From NCBI GenBank assembly GCA_002503285.1, contig DARI01000002.1, positions 150,424-214,423 of the forward strand: DNA of 64,000 nt, given 5' to 3'. The notes under the pieces are model-generated. The model was not told the DNA's origin and searched no databases. It saw nothing but the letters and a program-made list of their open reading frames with translations. Below are positions 9,432-19,668 of the stretch, one piece after another. Within the stretch, counting starts at the first letter, position 1. Every line of letters begins with the position of its first letter. The stretch comes from Euryarchaeota archaeon UBA557. GTDB taxonomy: Archaea; Thermoplasmatota; Poseidoniia; Poseidoniales; Thalassarchaeaceae. The position numbers and the translations under genes were made by a program.

Positions 9432-11570
9432 TTACTCAACCTCCACGAAGTTGGAGCGGAAACCGAAAGGCTCGAATGCCTCTCCGCTAGAATCATAATA
9501 TTGCCTCATCCATTCTACGAAATGGAGTCGAGCCGCGTGAATGTTTGGACTGAAAATACCTAATGCCCATGCAAATATCTGAACAGATAACCATCCGATA
9601 AAGAATACAGGCACTAAGTATAATTCTGCTTCCATCATTGGTTCCCATAACATATTTCCAGTTTCTGCAATTTTTACACCAACTATTCCTACAGCGAAAA
9701 GACGGACATATGAAATCACTGATGGCATCATACCCATTGCTTCAATAGGTGCAAGAATAAGAGATACTGCAATTGGGATACCATGATACTTGTAAAGTGT
9801 CCAAATCAGCATAGCTACAGAAGACAGTGCAACAATAGCGCCAGGTAGCATCAAATGTTCCACATCAAGGCCATATTTACTGTGACCTAAGTACCCATAT
9901 GAAAAGAAGAATCCCCCAATTAGTAGTAAAATCCAAACCCCATGTTCGAAAAATGCAGCAACCAGGCCTATGTGGCCGTGATCTGTACCATAAAATAACA
10001 CATCTCTGAATCCAATTAGTTTACCAGTAATAATGTGGAAGAATCCAACGTAGATTGTCAATATTATGAGGTCGTTTAGATGCGTTCCTACTCTGTGGAA
10101 TGGGAACGACAGAGTGATGCCGTAGCCTAATTTTGCCACGGGACCATAGCCGTGATCGAGATCAAAGGGGTAAAGGTTGGCGAGGAAAGCCACTGGAGAC
10201 AAATTCTCGCCATACATGTAATGACCACTTGGATCTTTCATATAACTACCATCAGCATAAGTGAGTTTTTCGTAAAGGAAAATTTCCCATCCGGCAAACT
10301 CTGCGTAGATATAGCCAAAAATGAGAGTTCCTAATCCTATGTAAATCAAGAACTTTCCACCGAGTTCAATCATCTCATTGGATTTAGCTTTGCTGAATAC
10401 ATAAGCGCCAAGAGCAAGAGTTACTAATCCATACGCCATATCTCCGAGCATCATTCCAAAGAAAATTGGATAAGTTACAAACATAAATAAAGTAGGATCA
10501 ATTCTTCCATAAGCAGGCCTACCTACAGCATCAGTTAACAATTCCATAGGCTTACTTAATTTCCTTTCATGATAAGAAATCGGAGGCATTTCTTGATGGT
10601 GATGCTCAGAGTGACCATGCCCTCCACCACCTGCCTTTAATTTGAATGGCGTGACTTCGGTGTACAAACAAGTATCTTTCAATGCTGATTGAACTTCATC
10701 AGAACGAGATAATTCCACCCAGCCGTCAATGAAGAATGCATGTTCTGAAACTCCTATTTTAACTGGTGCTGTGAGAATGTTATGATCCCTTTCAATAACT
10801 TCGAGACCACAGGCCAATGATGGCCCGAATTCATCAGACCAAGCATTTATTTCGTCAGAAATAGATTCTTCTTCTGAAATTAAATGATTAATTTTTAATT
10901 GTAATTCAGATAGTAATACAGAGGTTTTTCCTATCATATTTGCTGGAATATTGATTGCTTGGAAGCCTGATTGGTTTAAGCTTGTTTGTACGCGATTTGA
11001 ATGTTCATTTCTTACGAATATTGCTACTACTTTGATTCCATTAGATGTGCCATGAGAATAGATGCCTGAAAAATCACCATCATCAATTTTAGATTCAATC
11101 TCGGAAATACTTCCAGAGATTTTTCCAACAAACGAAGAGAGAGATGAGTACCCAGACAAAAGATCAATATCGATTTCAAGAGATGAAAGTAATTCTAGTA
11201 TTTCTTTTTGTTCTTGAGCACTAGACAGAGAGTTTGTAAGTGACTCAAGGCGGCTACTTTTTTGAAGAAGTTGTTCTACAGCCTCATTTAGACTATTATC
11301 TAATTCAGACCTCACTTTATCTGCAGAAATCGGAGACTCGGGGCCTTTGAAATTAACAATTGAAGCAGCAGATCGTAATTTATTGAGGCGCTTACCTACT
11401 ACTTCGGATTCTTCTTTAGGAATCCCGAGCTTGAAACCGTCATCAGTACCGTCATATTCGATGAAATGTATTGCATTAAGTTTAGCTAAGATATCTAGAA
11501 CCTCATCAATTCTCCCTTTAGAACCAGCGGCTAGTATCCTACCCATGCGCTGCGTTTTAATTTGAGACAT
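9432..11570 (-). CDS. atpI: A-type ATP synthase subunit I (a subunit)
   Basis: 712 aa with a soluble N-terminal half and a polytopic C-terminal half, matching the length and operon position of archaeal AtpI. Confidence 0.85.
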   Translation of the reverse strand: MSQIKTQRMGRILAAGSKGRIDEVLDILAKLNAIHFIEYDGTDDGFKLGIPKEESEVVGKRLNKLRSAASIVNFKGPESPISADKVRSELDNSLNEAVEQLLQKSSRLESLTNSLSSAQEQKEILELLSSLEIDIDLLSGYSSLSSFVGKISGSISEIESKIDDGDFSGIYSHGTSNGIKVVAIFVRNEHSNRVQTSLNQSGFQAINIPANMIGKTSVLLSELQLKINHLISEEESISDEINAWSDEFGPSLACGLEVIERDHNILTAPVKIGVSEHAFFIDGWVELSRSDEVQSALKDTCLYTEVTPFKLKAGGGGHGHSEHHHQEMPPISYHERKLSKPMELLTDAVGRPAYGRIDPTLFMFVTYPIFFGMMLGDMAYGLVTLALGAYVFSKAKSNEMIELGGKFLIYIGLGTLIFGYIYAEFAGWEIFLYEKLTYADGSYMKDPSGHYMYGENLSPVAFLANLYPFDLDHGYGPVAKLGYGITLSFPFHRVGTHLNDLIILTIYVGFFHIITGKLIGFRDVLFYGTDHGHIGLVAAFFEHGVWILLLIGGFFFSYGYLGHSKYGLDVEHLMLPGAIVALSSVAMLIWTLYKYHGIPIAVSLILAPIEAMGMMPSVISYVRLFAVGIVGVKIAETGNMLWEPMMEAELYLVPVFFIGWLSVQIFAWALGIFSPNIHAARLHFVEWMRQYYDSSGEAFEPFGFRSNFVEVE

Positions 11571-11585
11571 TCTTTACCACCTGAA

Positions 11586-11900
11586 TTATTTTCTAAAATA
11601 GTCAACAACCAATTTAACTGCTTTATCTCGATTCTTTTTGCCAGAGTTATGGACTTTTTCTCCCGCGTCATGTCCTTCCTTGGAAACCATTTCAGCCTCT
11701 GACCCTGCAGATTGCCTAGTCTCAGAAATTAAATTCTGAGCATCAGACTCAGAAATTGATTTACCCTCAACAACGATTTCTGATGCTTTTTGTCTCGCTT
11801 TAGAAATAATCATTGTTGCTTCCTTCTTTGCTTCTGACAGCCTCTCGGTTGCCTCCATTTCTGCATCTTTTATTGCTCTTAGGACATCTGCTCGAGACAT
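11586..11900 (-). CDS. atpH: A-type ATP synthase subunit H
   Basis: 104 aa, charged and helical. It is the first gene of the operon, as in archaeal atpHIKECFABD. Confidence 0.7.
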   Translation of the reverse strand: MSRADVLRAIKDAEMEATERLSEAKKEATMIISKARQKASEIVVEGKSISESDAQNLISETRQSAGSEAEMVSKEGHDAGEKVHNSGKKNRDKAVKLVVDYFRK

Positions 11901-12038
11901 AGTTACACCTTTTATTATCTACGGGACTTGAGAGTAGTTTATCATGGTAACCTATCGCAGGAGTAGAATACTACAAAATAAAAAAATGTGTAATCCCAAG
12001 ATGGAACTAACCAAATATGATGAGTAAGTAGGCGTTAT
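11901..12038. promoter_or_regulatory. Divergent AT-rich intergenic region between the atp operon (minus) and ubiE (plus); presumed to hold the promoters for both
   Basis: A 138-bp AT-rich spacer between divergently oriented first genes contains TATA-like A/T runs on both strands. No transcription start could be defined from sequence alone. Confidence 0.3.
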
Positions 12039-12749
12039 GTGGATACTGAAATAATTGGAGAGTCCGATTGGAAAGAATTGCAACGTAATTTAGAAGCCAC
12101 TATTCCCGTATATGACAGGATAAACAATTTTGCGACATTGGGACAAGTCAAAAGATGGAGGAGTAGAGCGGAAAATTTGCTTCCTAAAGAAGGGCACATC
12201 TTAGAAATTGGATGCGGACCAGGAAGTTTTGCTGAAACTGTAAAGGGACGGAGATTATTTTGCTTGGACCCCATACCTGAAATGTTAAGGATTGCCGAAA
12301 CAAGAGTTAACAAAAGAAGAAAAGAATTAGGATATTCAATGGCAGAATTTCATATAGGAACTGCTGAAAAATTACCATTTGAAGATAATTGTTTCGACGC
12401 AGTCTGTACATTATTTTCATTTAGGGATTGGTTTGATAAAAGAAAGGGATTATCGGAAGCAAAAAGGGTTTTGAAACCAGGAGGCCTGATCATAATCGTA
12501 GACCCGGCGAAAATTAATTCTTTTCATGGCTTTTTAGGATTGATTTGGATGAAATATTGGGTTGGAAGTTATGCAAGATTAATTTGTAAACAAAAAGAAC
12601 ATCCTTGGAAATGGTTAACAAAGACATATGTAAGTTTTGGAACTACAAAAAAATATACAAAAATGCTTAAAGAAGAAGGTTTTGAAGATGTTAAAGGAAA
12701 GATAATATTTCCAGGAATGGCAACAATATGGACTGGTAAAGTAAGTTAA
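12039..12749 (+). CDS. ubiE: Class I SAM-dependent methyltransferase, UbiE/MenG (demethylmenaquinone methyltransferase) family
   Basis: Contains VYDRINNFATLGQVKRW (the UbiE/COQ5 YDxxN motif) and the SAM-binding LEIGCGPG. The first codon in the ORF track is GTG. Confidence 0.75.
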   Translation: MDTEIIGESDWKELQRNLEATIPVYDRINNFATLGQVKRWRSRAENLLPKEGHILEIGCGPGSFAETVKGRRLFCLDPIPEMLRIAETRVNKRRKELGYSMAEFHIGTAEKLPFEDNCFDAVCTLFSFRDWFDKRKGLSEAKRVLKPGGLIIIVDPAKINSFHGFLGLIWMKYWVGSYARLICKQKEHPWKWLTKTYVSFGTTKKYTKMLKEEGFEDVKGKIIFPGMATIWTGKVS

Positions 12750-13852
12750 TGTTTCGTTAATTTAAAAAATGATCTACACGTAATTGCATTCCATATAAAA
12801 GGTTTAGTAAATCGGTTAAATAATATATTTATCATCCAATCGGGTAATCTAAATATTATACTTCCTAACTTAAATGCTCTTTTGGAATTTCTCATCACTT
12901 TTCCCATTTGATGCTTCCACCTAATTTCATATTCAATCAAAGGCAATCCAGAACTTAAATGTTCAGAAATAACTTGGCCTGCAATTCTGCCCCCTACCAT
13001 GGCTATAGTTATTCCAGCTCCGTTTGAAGGTAGGACCATACCGGCAGCATCACCAACAATGAGATAATTTTTATTTACAAATGAATTGATTGTTCCTGAC
13101 ATCGGAAGTGATCCTGCCCCCTTAAATGTTATATTACCTTTATAGTTTGAAACGAATTCGTCTGTAAAATCATTTATTGATTTACCTTTAGAAAAACTTC
13201 TTTGGATTCCCAAACCGATGTTTGCACCATTTTTTTTAGGAAACATCCATGCATATCCGCCAGGTGCAATCGAGCCAAAATGTAATTCTACCGAATCAGA
13301 AAAAATTCCATCCATGAGAACAAACTTTACCGGAATATTCAAAGATTTATCTGACCAGAATTTTTTACGTAATGGGTCATTATGACCGCCAGCACCAACT
13401 ATTATTTTTGCCCTTAACTTCATCCCACATTTTAGAATCACATATTCTCCTTCAACTTCCAAAACTCGTTTCCCTAAGAGGTATTTTGCACCATAGGATT
13501 TAGCCAATTTTACTAATTCCTCATCATGCCTAACTCGATTGAGTATTAATCCTTCGAATTTATACTTTAGAGATTTTCCCGATGGGGGAACTAGATGCAT
13601 TTCTTCCGTACGCCTAGAAATGGCCTCATCTGAAGTTCTGAAAAGATCATCCATATCGGGGACATTTGGGCACAGACGTCGCATTTCATCATTAGTAGGT
13701 ACTAATTCTCCACATTGCAGTGGAGAACCTATCGGATTTCGTCCATCTACAACAAGCACCTTATGTCCATTTTTGGCTATATATCTAGCAGTAGTAGATC
13801 CAGCCGGACCCCCACCTATTATTATTACGTCCCAAACCTCATCTTCGACCAT
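12746..13852 (-). CDS. Geranylgeranyl reductase family FAD-dependent oxidoreductase
   Basis: The N-terminus DVIIIGGGPAGSTTARYIAKNGHKVLVVD is an FAD-binding GxGxxG of GGR and FixC-type flavoproteins. It lies next to a polyprenyl synthase. Confidence 0.75.
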   Translation of the reverse strand: MVEDEVWDVIIIGGGPAGSTTARYIAKNGHKVLVVDGRNPIGSPLQCGELVPTNDEMRRLCPNVPDMDDLFRTSDEAISRRTEEMHLVPPSGKSLKYKFEGLILNRVRHDEELVKLAKSYGAKYLLGKRVLEVEGEYVILKCGMKLRAKIIVGAGGHNDPLRKKFWSDKSLNIPVKFVLMDGIFSDSVELHFGSIAPGGYAWMFPKKNGANIGLGIQRSFSKGKSINDFTDEFVSNYKGNITFKGAGSLPMSGTINSFVNKNYLIVGDAAGMVLPSNGAGITIAMVGGRIAGQVISEHLSSGLPLIEYEIRWKHQMGKVMRNSKRAFKLGSIIFRLPDWMINILFNRFTKPFIWNAITCRSFFKLTKH

Positions 13853-13874
13853 AATGGCACCATCATTTTAATAA

Positions 13875-14894
13875 TTATAATCTCCTATTTTGCGAAGCAA
13901 TGGCTATATCTTTCATTAAATTTTTGGCGTTACTTTCAGGCAATAAGTCGAGATGATTTAATGCCCTATCTATATGATTCATGATTAACTGCTTGACATA
14001 TTCAAATGAGCCTGATTTTACTAGTAAGGTAGTTAATTCCTGCCACCTATCATCACTAAAATTATTCAGAATATCTGCTAGTTGTTCTCTTTCAATACCA
14101 TGAAGGATTGTTAAAGAATGTATTAATGGCAACGTCATTTTACCTTCATGGACATCAGTTCCCTTTGGTTTACCCATAGAAGTATCTCCAGTTAAATCAA
14201 GTAAATCATCAACCAATTGAAAGGCTCGACCTAATTCTATTCCAAAATTTTCTAAAGATTTGATGACATCTGAGTTTGCTCCTGCAATTATTCCGGCACA
14301 CGAACAAGCCGAGGCGAATACTCCGGCGGTTTTACCATCTACTATTGAATAATAATTTTCTGGAGTTGTACTTAAATTACTAATATGTTCAAACTGTAAT
14401 AATTCTCCAGAAGCAAGATTAGCAGCTGATTTTGCCATTTTTTCGATTACTATATTATCGTATTTTCCGCCTAATGAAAATCCAATAACAAATAAATAAT
14501 CTCCTGCGATAATTGCATGAGACAAACCATGACTGGTATGTAAAGTGGGCATTCCTCTCCTAGTTTTAGACTGATCATAAACATCGTCATGAATCAGTGT
14601 TGCAGTATGAATTATTTCTGATGCCAGGGCCAGATCCATTACTATTGATTCATCTTTTCCCCCGGCTGCATCAAATGCTAATAGTGCCAAAATAGGGCGA
14701 AATCTTTTACCTCCTACCAGTAATATATCTCTTACAAGCGACATTGTGGGAGCCTCATTACCTGCCATTTTATGCAATACTAATTCCTCTAAAGCCTCAT
14801 CAATACGATTTTTTATATCTGATAAGTACGGGTTGGTAAAGAATACATTTTCCATATTATTGTAACGACTAGTAGGGGTCGCATATATCAACAA
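13875..14894 (-). CDS. trans-Polyprenyl diphosphate synthase (GGPP/FPP synthase family)
   Basis: First aspartate-rich motif LIHDDVYD and second FQLVDDLLD are present. The track start is TTG; the likely true start is the ATG at 14855 (MENVFFTNPY...). Confidence 0.85.
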   Translation of the reverse strand: MLIYATPTSRYNNMENVFFTNPYLSDIKNRIDEALEELVLHKMAGNEAPTMSLVRDILLVGGKRFRPILALLAFDAAGGKDESIVMDLALASEIIHTATLIHDDVYDQSKTRRGMPTLHTSHGLSHAIIAGDYLFVIGFSLGGKYDNIVIEKMAKSAANLASGELLQFEHISNLSTTPENYYSIVDGKTAGVFASACSCAGIIAGANSDVIKSLENFGIELGRAFQLVDDLLDLTGDTSMGKPKGTDVHEGKMTLPLIHSLTILHGIEREQLADILNNFSDDRWQELTTLLVKSGSFEYVKQLIMNHIDRALNHLDLLPESNAKNLMKDIAIASQNRRL

Positions 14895-14898
14895 GTGT

Positions 14899-16017
14899 GT
14901 GTGCGCTCGTAACGAGTACAGTACGTACTCCCAAAAGGTGGACGCGATGGGTAATAAAATTAATATCGTTACTTTAAATTCCTTTGATTGTAATGTTACA
15001 GAAATATTAACAACTAATCTAAGTTCAAACGGAATTAAGAATATTGATGCAGAAATTTCAATAGGGACTGGATTGAATAGTAGTTTGGAAGAACTTAGTC
15101 AAGGCAAATTTGATGTTTTAGCCCTTCCAGCAGTTGATTTGCATGGAAATGAAACAGATATGATTAGATTTGAATGTGAGGTAAATGGTGCAATCACTCC
15201 AAAAAGACCAAATTTTTTATTAATTTCTGAAAATAAAATTGATTATCAACCTAAATCTGCGATTATTCTTTGTGATTATAAAATAATAAGAAGGCAATTG
15301 AGAAGATCAAGAAAGGATTTAAGAGTCCTTAGTAGTGAAGCTTTCTTATCAATATCTAAACTGAATTTAGAACATGAAAATCAAATTGAAAAAATAAAAT
15401 GGATGGAAGAAAGTAAAAAGGATGGAATCATAGATGGTTATGTAACTTCTAGAAAAATGTATGATGAATTAAGCCTAAATGGGAGAAGGCATACTTTACT
15501 TCCAGATCCTAAAGATAGAGGTGGTTCACATTTTCTTCCCTTACCTTATTCAGATTTAATTATATTAATAGTTAGGAAGAGTTCTCCTAAATCTTTAACT
15601 AATTCAATATCTGAAAAAGAGGGTGTTACTATTTGGTGGATTCAAAATAAAATTATTGGTAAAATAGAATCATCTGAATTACAAAATTTAGGAATCTTAG
15701 TTAGGCACAGAAGAGTAAGATCATTAATGGAAGAAGCAGAAAAAAATAAAGATTTGACACTAGAGCAAGCGTGTCATGATTCTGAAGGTGAAGTTTTGGA
15801 TTCTGAAGTACACGTTGAAATTAAAATGGAAAAAATTTCAAAAAATGGTAAGAGGACAGTTGGCATACAGCGATTAATACCAATATCTAAATTCGAATAT
15901 GCCACAATATCATTGATTAAAGATTGGAATATCATGCTGAAAGAGGCTTCACAAGAGATACCACATGATTTTGATGTAGATATTATGGGAGAACCATTTA
16001 TTGATTTAAATGAGTAA
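14899..16017 (+). CDS. Hypothetical protein, possibly with a periplasmic-binding-protein type-2 like fold
   Basis: 372 aa. The track start is GTG; the likely start is the ATG at 14947 (MGNKINIV...). No catalytic motif was recognised. GKFDVLALPAVDL is a weak resemblance to PBP2-fold enzymes. Confidence 0.4.
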   Translation: MCARNEYSTYSQKVDAMGNKINIVTLNSFDCNVTEILTTNLSSNGIKNIDAEISIGTGLNSSLEELSQGKFDVLALPAVDLHGNETDMIRFECEVNGAITPKRPNFLLISENKIDYQPKSAIILCDYKIIRRQLRRSRKDLRVLSSEAFLSISKLNLEHENQIEKIKWMEESKKDGIIDGYVTSRKMYDELSLNGRRHTLLPDPKDRGGSHFLPLPYSDLIILIVRKSSPKSLTNSISEKEGVTIWWIQNKIIGKIESSELQNLGILVRHRRVRSLMEEAEKNKDLTLEQACHDSEGEVLDSEVHVEIKMEKISKNGKRTVGIQRLIPISKFEYATISLIKDWNIMLKEASQEIPHDFDVDIMGEPFIDLNE

Positions 16018-16112
16018 TCATTTATTTTATATTGTTAAAAGTATAGTTTTATTATAAAATTAAGCGGAATCAATATCAGTTAGATGGCCCTAGCATCAAA
16101 GGAGGGAACGTA

Positions 16113-17042
16113 TTGAGCATTGATATGATTTTATTAGATTCCCTCTATAAAAAAAAATTAACAGGACTTAGGGATTTTGCTGAAAATAGAGGGATAACTA
16201 AAAATGGATCTGTAGAAGTTCTAAGAGCTAGGCTGATTAAAAATGAAATACTTGGATTATGTGACTTATCTTGGGATGGAATTCAGGCTATATCTCACAA
16301 AGAAATTGGAGAAATATTAAAAATATTTGGAATAAAATCTTCTGGTTCACACAAAGAGAGAAGGCAACGATTATGGCTTCATTTAAATTTTGATTCAAGA
16401 AGAATGACCATAGAAAGACTTGTGGAATTAGATAGAGAGACATTGTATGATTTATGTCAGAAACTAGAAATGCCATTAACAGGAACTAGGGCAGTATTAA
16501 TGGGAAGAGTAGCGGGAGTACTGACTAATCATTTGAACGGTTGGGGGAAAATAAAGCGGAACCTCAATAGAAATGGATTGAAATTAGATAATGACAATTT
16601 ATTATTAAATGAAATATTGGGTTCACAAGTGGAAAATGATAAAAGTTATGAAGATTTTATAATTCCAGTTCCCATTGCCACGTTAGAAGATGCAAAGGAT
16701 TTATTGAAAATTGGAATTGAAAAAGAAGATGAAAAAATAAAAAATGATATAAAATTGATAATATCTAGAATAGAGGATCTAGATAGATTAATTGGGACAA
16801 TATTAAAGCAATATATGGGTAAATGGAGTCAGAAAGAAAGAGATTTATTGATCCGTTTGGCAACAAGAACTGAGTGGCCAATTGAAGAGAAAATTGTTAA
16901 AAAAAGGTTTATAGCCGTATCAAATGATATTGCTGAAGCAAAAGGTGCATCAATGATTGAAATAAATATAGTTGGATCTAAGGTAAATATGAGTACTGAA
17001 GAAACAATAGAAAGAATTAGGTCAAAAATAAATAATTTTTAA
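16113..17042 (+). CDS. Hypothetical protein with three tandem SAP/HeH-like helix-extension-helix motifs
   Basis: The motifs are LTGLRDFAENRGITKNGSVEVLRARLIKN, IGEILKIFGIKSSGSHKERRQRLWLHL and LYDLCQKLEMPLTGTRAVLMGRVAGVL. Each fits LxxLxxxxxxxGhxxxGxKxxLhxRL. The C-terminal ~170 aa are unassigned. Confidence 0.45.
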   Translation: MSIDMILLDSLYKKKLTGLRDFAENRGITKNGSVEVLRARLIKNEILGLCDLSWDGIQAISHKEIGEILKIFGIKSSGSHKERRQRLWLHLNFDSRRMTIERLVELDRETLYDLCQKLEMPLTGTRAVLMGRVAGVLTNHLNGWGKIKRNLNRNGLKLDNDNLLLNEILGSQVENDKSYEDFIIPVPIATLEDAKDLLKIGIEKEDEKIKNDIKLIISRIEDLDRLIGTILKQYMGKWSQKERDLLIRLATRTEWPIEEKIVKKRFIAVSNDIAEAKGASMIEINIVGSKVNMSTEETIERIRSKINNF

Positions 17043-17050
17043 AGAGAGGT

Positions 17051-17998
17051 TTATTCAGGTAATCGAAAAAACCCAAATCTTGGCTCAAGTATTTCGCTTC
17101 GTAAATCTCTTAAATCTTCAATCGAGTCCTCAGCAAGTTCTCGTGAAATTCCTACCAAGGTACAAGCTTCAACCAATACATCATACTCCACGCCAACGCC
17201 GGTGTCCAGTCTCTTGATTGCCTCAATTATTACTTGAGAAGCATCTTTAGAATTTAATTTTGAAGAATTATTATCAATAACAGGTACGCTTTCAATTATT
17301 TCAGAGTTCTCAATTTCGGGAGCATTTGTCCTACCTAGGGCACTAGATAATGCTTTCAAAATTCCCAAGCGATAGACCTCAGAATCAAACTCTGGATAAT
17401 GTTGTCTTGCCATTATTGTTCCTTCTATTAAGTCATTAGGGACGCCTGAGGACTTCATAGATTCCTGAGTTAGATCTGCCTCTATAGAATTGTCATGAGA
17501 ATTAAGCCTTCTCAGAGTTGCATCAGAGGTATCAATTAACCAATTTAAGTATGTTTCTTGATTTATAATACAAAATTCTTCTGCTCGAAATGAGGTAAAA
17601 ATTCCACCTTCCTCTCCTTCAAACCAGTTCGATTTACCAATAAGTGCCATCAAGAATCGGTCGCCGGATTCAAATCTAGCATGCAATTCTTCTATATCTA
17701 ATTGCAACTCTGTTTGAAATGGTGCTACATTGAATCTATGATTTCCTGTTGGGTCCCTCAATACTCCACTAAAACTTGGCCCGTTATCTCCTTCCCTTCT
17801 GTCAAGCCTTTCAATTACGCCACACACTAATGCACGATTCACCATTATGCCTAATTTAGTGATTACGAAGGCTGGATCATATTCTCCCGAACCCCTAGAA
17901 GTAAGATTTGCTTCAGCAAACTCTTGGGCAAAAATTCTAATTGCAGATTGCCTTTTTATTCTTTTGCTTCCTTCTGAAATCATAATTCTACCCCCCAT
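17051..17998 (-). CDS. RPA-associated protein (OB-fold, COG3390-like), co-operonic with RPA
   Basis: 315 aa with an OB-fold-like core (AFVITKLGIMVNRALVCGVIERLDRREGDNGPSFSGVLRDPTG). It lies immediately downstream of rpa. An alternative start at 17983 gives an ATGA overlap with the rpa stop. Confidence 0.55.
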   Translation of the reverse strand: MGGRIMISEGSKRIKRQSAIRIFAQEFAEANLTSRGSGEYDPAFVITKLGIMVNRALVCGVIERLDRREGDNGPSFSGVLRDPTGNHRFNVAPFQTELQLDIEELHARFESGDRFLMALIGKSNWFEGEEGGIFTSFRAEEFCIINQETYLNWLIDTSDATLRRLNSHDNSIEADLTQESMKSSGVPNDLIEGTIMARQHYPEFDSEVYRLGILKALSSALGRTNAPEIENSEIIESVPVIDNNSSKLNSKDASQVIIEAIKRLDTGVGVEYDVLVEACTLVGISRELAEDSIEDLRDLRSEILEPRFGFFRLPE

Positions 17999-19668
17999 TT
18001 ATTCATTATTCTAAGTGCTTCATCTTTCACTGGAATCTGTAATAATTGCATTTCCTCTGCAAGTATCATTATGCCCTGGCCATCTATTAATGCCCGCCCC
18101 TTAACATTTACTTTCTTTGAAAGTAAAGAATTACGTAAATGATTAATAAATCCATCTGGACCTAATGAAGATATTTGAGATTTTATTCCATCGGATTTTT
18201 GTTGTAAAAATAATTCAGATGGTTCTTTAGAAAGTAATAATGAGGCATTAGATATTCCATTGTCAAGAACGAATCTTAATCTTATATCTTCATTTCCTTC
18301 CATCATCCCATGTTCAGAACAAGCATCATCCCTCAATACTCTACGACATTTTGTGCACCTGTAAATTATGCCCGAATCTTTTCTAACTGAAACTATTGTG
18401 CCTGAAACACTGATCCCTCTCCTAGAGCCTCCATTTGATAAACTATCAATATCAACTTCAACCCAATGATTACTAGGATCTATATCATCCCAAGGAGGAT
18501 TGGATAGATTTGTAATTTGTTCCAATTCATCAACTACTAAATCTGGAGAACCTTGCCAAAATTGAGCTCTTGCAGAATTAATTTGGATATAATCTCCAAC
18601 CTTTGGGTTAAATTCGCACCATGCAGTCAATCTACATCGGCCAGTTGGATCCATAACGTCGCCGCTCCTAACTACACGTTCTATACCATCTTCGGAAGTG
18701 AATGTCCTTTCTTCCCATGAAGTGATTTGTAATATTATTGAAATATCTCTCATCCCATTTCTTAAATCAGAAATACTGGATATCGAAGTTTTAGATAAAT
18801 TAACTATATCTGGGAAACTATTATCAATATATAATTCTATTTTTGCATCATTACTGATATTAATTTCAGGAGTGTCGCGGAATTTACGGATGGAAATGTT
18901 ATTTAATTTTATTAAATCTCCTTCATTAAATTCAAAAGGTACCCATGACAAAAAGCCTATATTTCCAGATTCATCTGCAATTTTACCTCTAAAAATATCT
19001 AATGTACCACTACCATCTTTTTTCACTATCACATCACTTTTAACAGAAATTACTCTTCCTATTGTACTACCAAAACCTTCATTTTCAGATATTTTAGCAA
19101 TATTCAATGGTTCATTAGATATTTGTATTGGTGAAGAGTTACCTTCTTGAAGAGTAGTGACCCTAGTTGATCTGTTAATATTAATAGATTTTTTTCCATT
19201 CCACTCATTTACAGATACTCCTTCTAACCGGACAATAGAGTTAGGAGAAAGATACTTCGAATGTTGTCCCCAATCTTTGAAGTCCCAGCGTTCACGGCTA
19301 TTGGATTCCTCCCACGGATTATCCTCAATCCATCCAAATGCAATTTGTTTTTCTTCACCCCTTACATTTTGTATTCTAGGCGTATAAGTTGCCACAAATA
19401 CTTCAATAGTTATGTTTTTATCATCAGAATTTAATTCGGAAAATCTGGTAACTTTTTTCTCGATTTTTTGAGGTACTGAAAAAGTAGTCTCTTCTTTCCC
19501 AGTAGCTAATTGAAATTTTCTAATTACAGACCTTAGGGCATCTTCTGGAGGTATTAAAAATTCTTCTTCATACCTTTTAAATTCTTCAAAAATATCGTTT
19601 TCAGATGAATCTGGGCATTCTTGTTTAACTGTTTTAATCTGTAAATCATATTTTCCATCATTAGACAT
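17980..19668 (-). CDS. Replication protein A (single-stranded DNA-binding, multiple OB folds plus zinc finger)
   Basis: 562 aa with repeated OB-fold segments and a C-x2-C-x8-C-x2-H zinc finger (CTKCRRVLRDDACSEH), typical of euryarchaeal RPA1-type proteins. Confidence 0.8.
   Translation of the reverse strand: MSNDGKYDLQIKTVKQECPDSSENDIFEEFKRYEEEFLIPPEDALRSVIRKFQLATGKEETTFSVPQKIEKKVTRFSELNSDDKNITIEVFVATYTPRIQNVRGEEKQIAFGWIEDNPWEESNSRERWDFKDWGQHSKYLSPNSIVRLEGVSVNEWNGKKSININRSTRVTTLQEGNSSPIQISNEPLNIAKISENEGFGSTIGRVISVKSDVIVKKDGSGTLDIFRGKIADESGNIGFLSWVPFEFNEGDLIKLNNISIRKFRDTPEINISNDAKIELYIDNSFPDIVNLSKTSISSISDLRNGMRDISIILQITSWEERTFTSEDGIERVVRSGDVMDPTGRCRLTAWCEFNPKVGDYIQINSARAQFWQGSPDLVVDELEQITNLSNPPWDDIDPSNHWVEVDIDSLSNGGSRRGISVSGTIVSVRKDSGIIYRCTKCRRVLRDDACSEHGMMEGNEDIRLRFVLDNGISNASLLLSKEPSELFLQQKSDGIKSQISSLGPDGFINHLRNSLLSKKVNVKGRALIDGQGIMILAEEMQLLQIPVKDEALRIMNKWGVEL

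Noticed and set aside
3285-11565. Multiple 60-165-aa ORFs inside the atp operon (e.g. 4964..5161, 5207..5398, 6590..6805, 6999..7436, 8570..9067, 9224..9563, 10152..10334, 11347..11565)
   Set aside because: All are antisense shadow ORFs within well-supported ATP synthase genes. No independent coding evidence exists.
12035-12313. 92-aa minus-strand ORF
   Set aside because: It is antisense to the motif-supported ubiE gene, so it is a shadow ORF.
14856-14946. N-terminal extensions implied by the ORF-track starts at 14894 (TTG), 14899 (GTG), 59876 (GTG), 12039 (GTG) and 35123 (ATG overlapping the divergent permease start)
   Set aside because: The first codons are non-ATG or create head-to-head overlaps. 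Internal ATGs (14855, 14947, 59894, 35207) give N-termini matching the family consensus, so the extensions are probably artefacts of longest-ORF calling.
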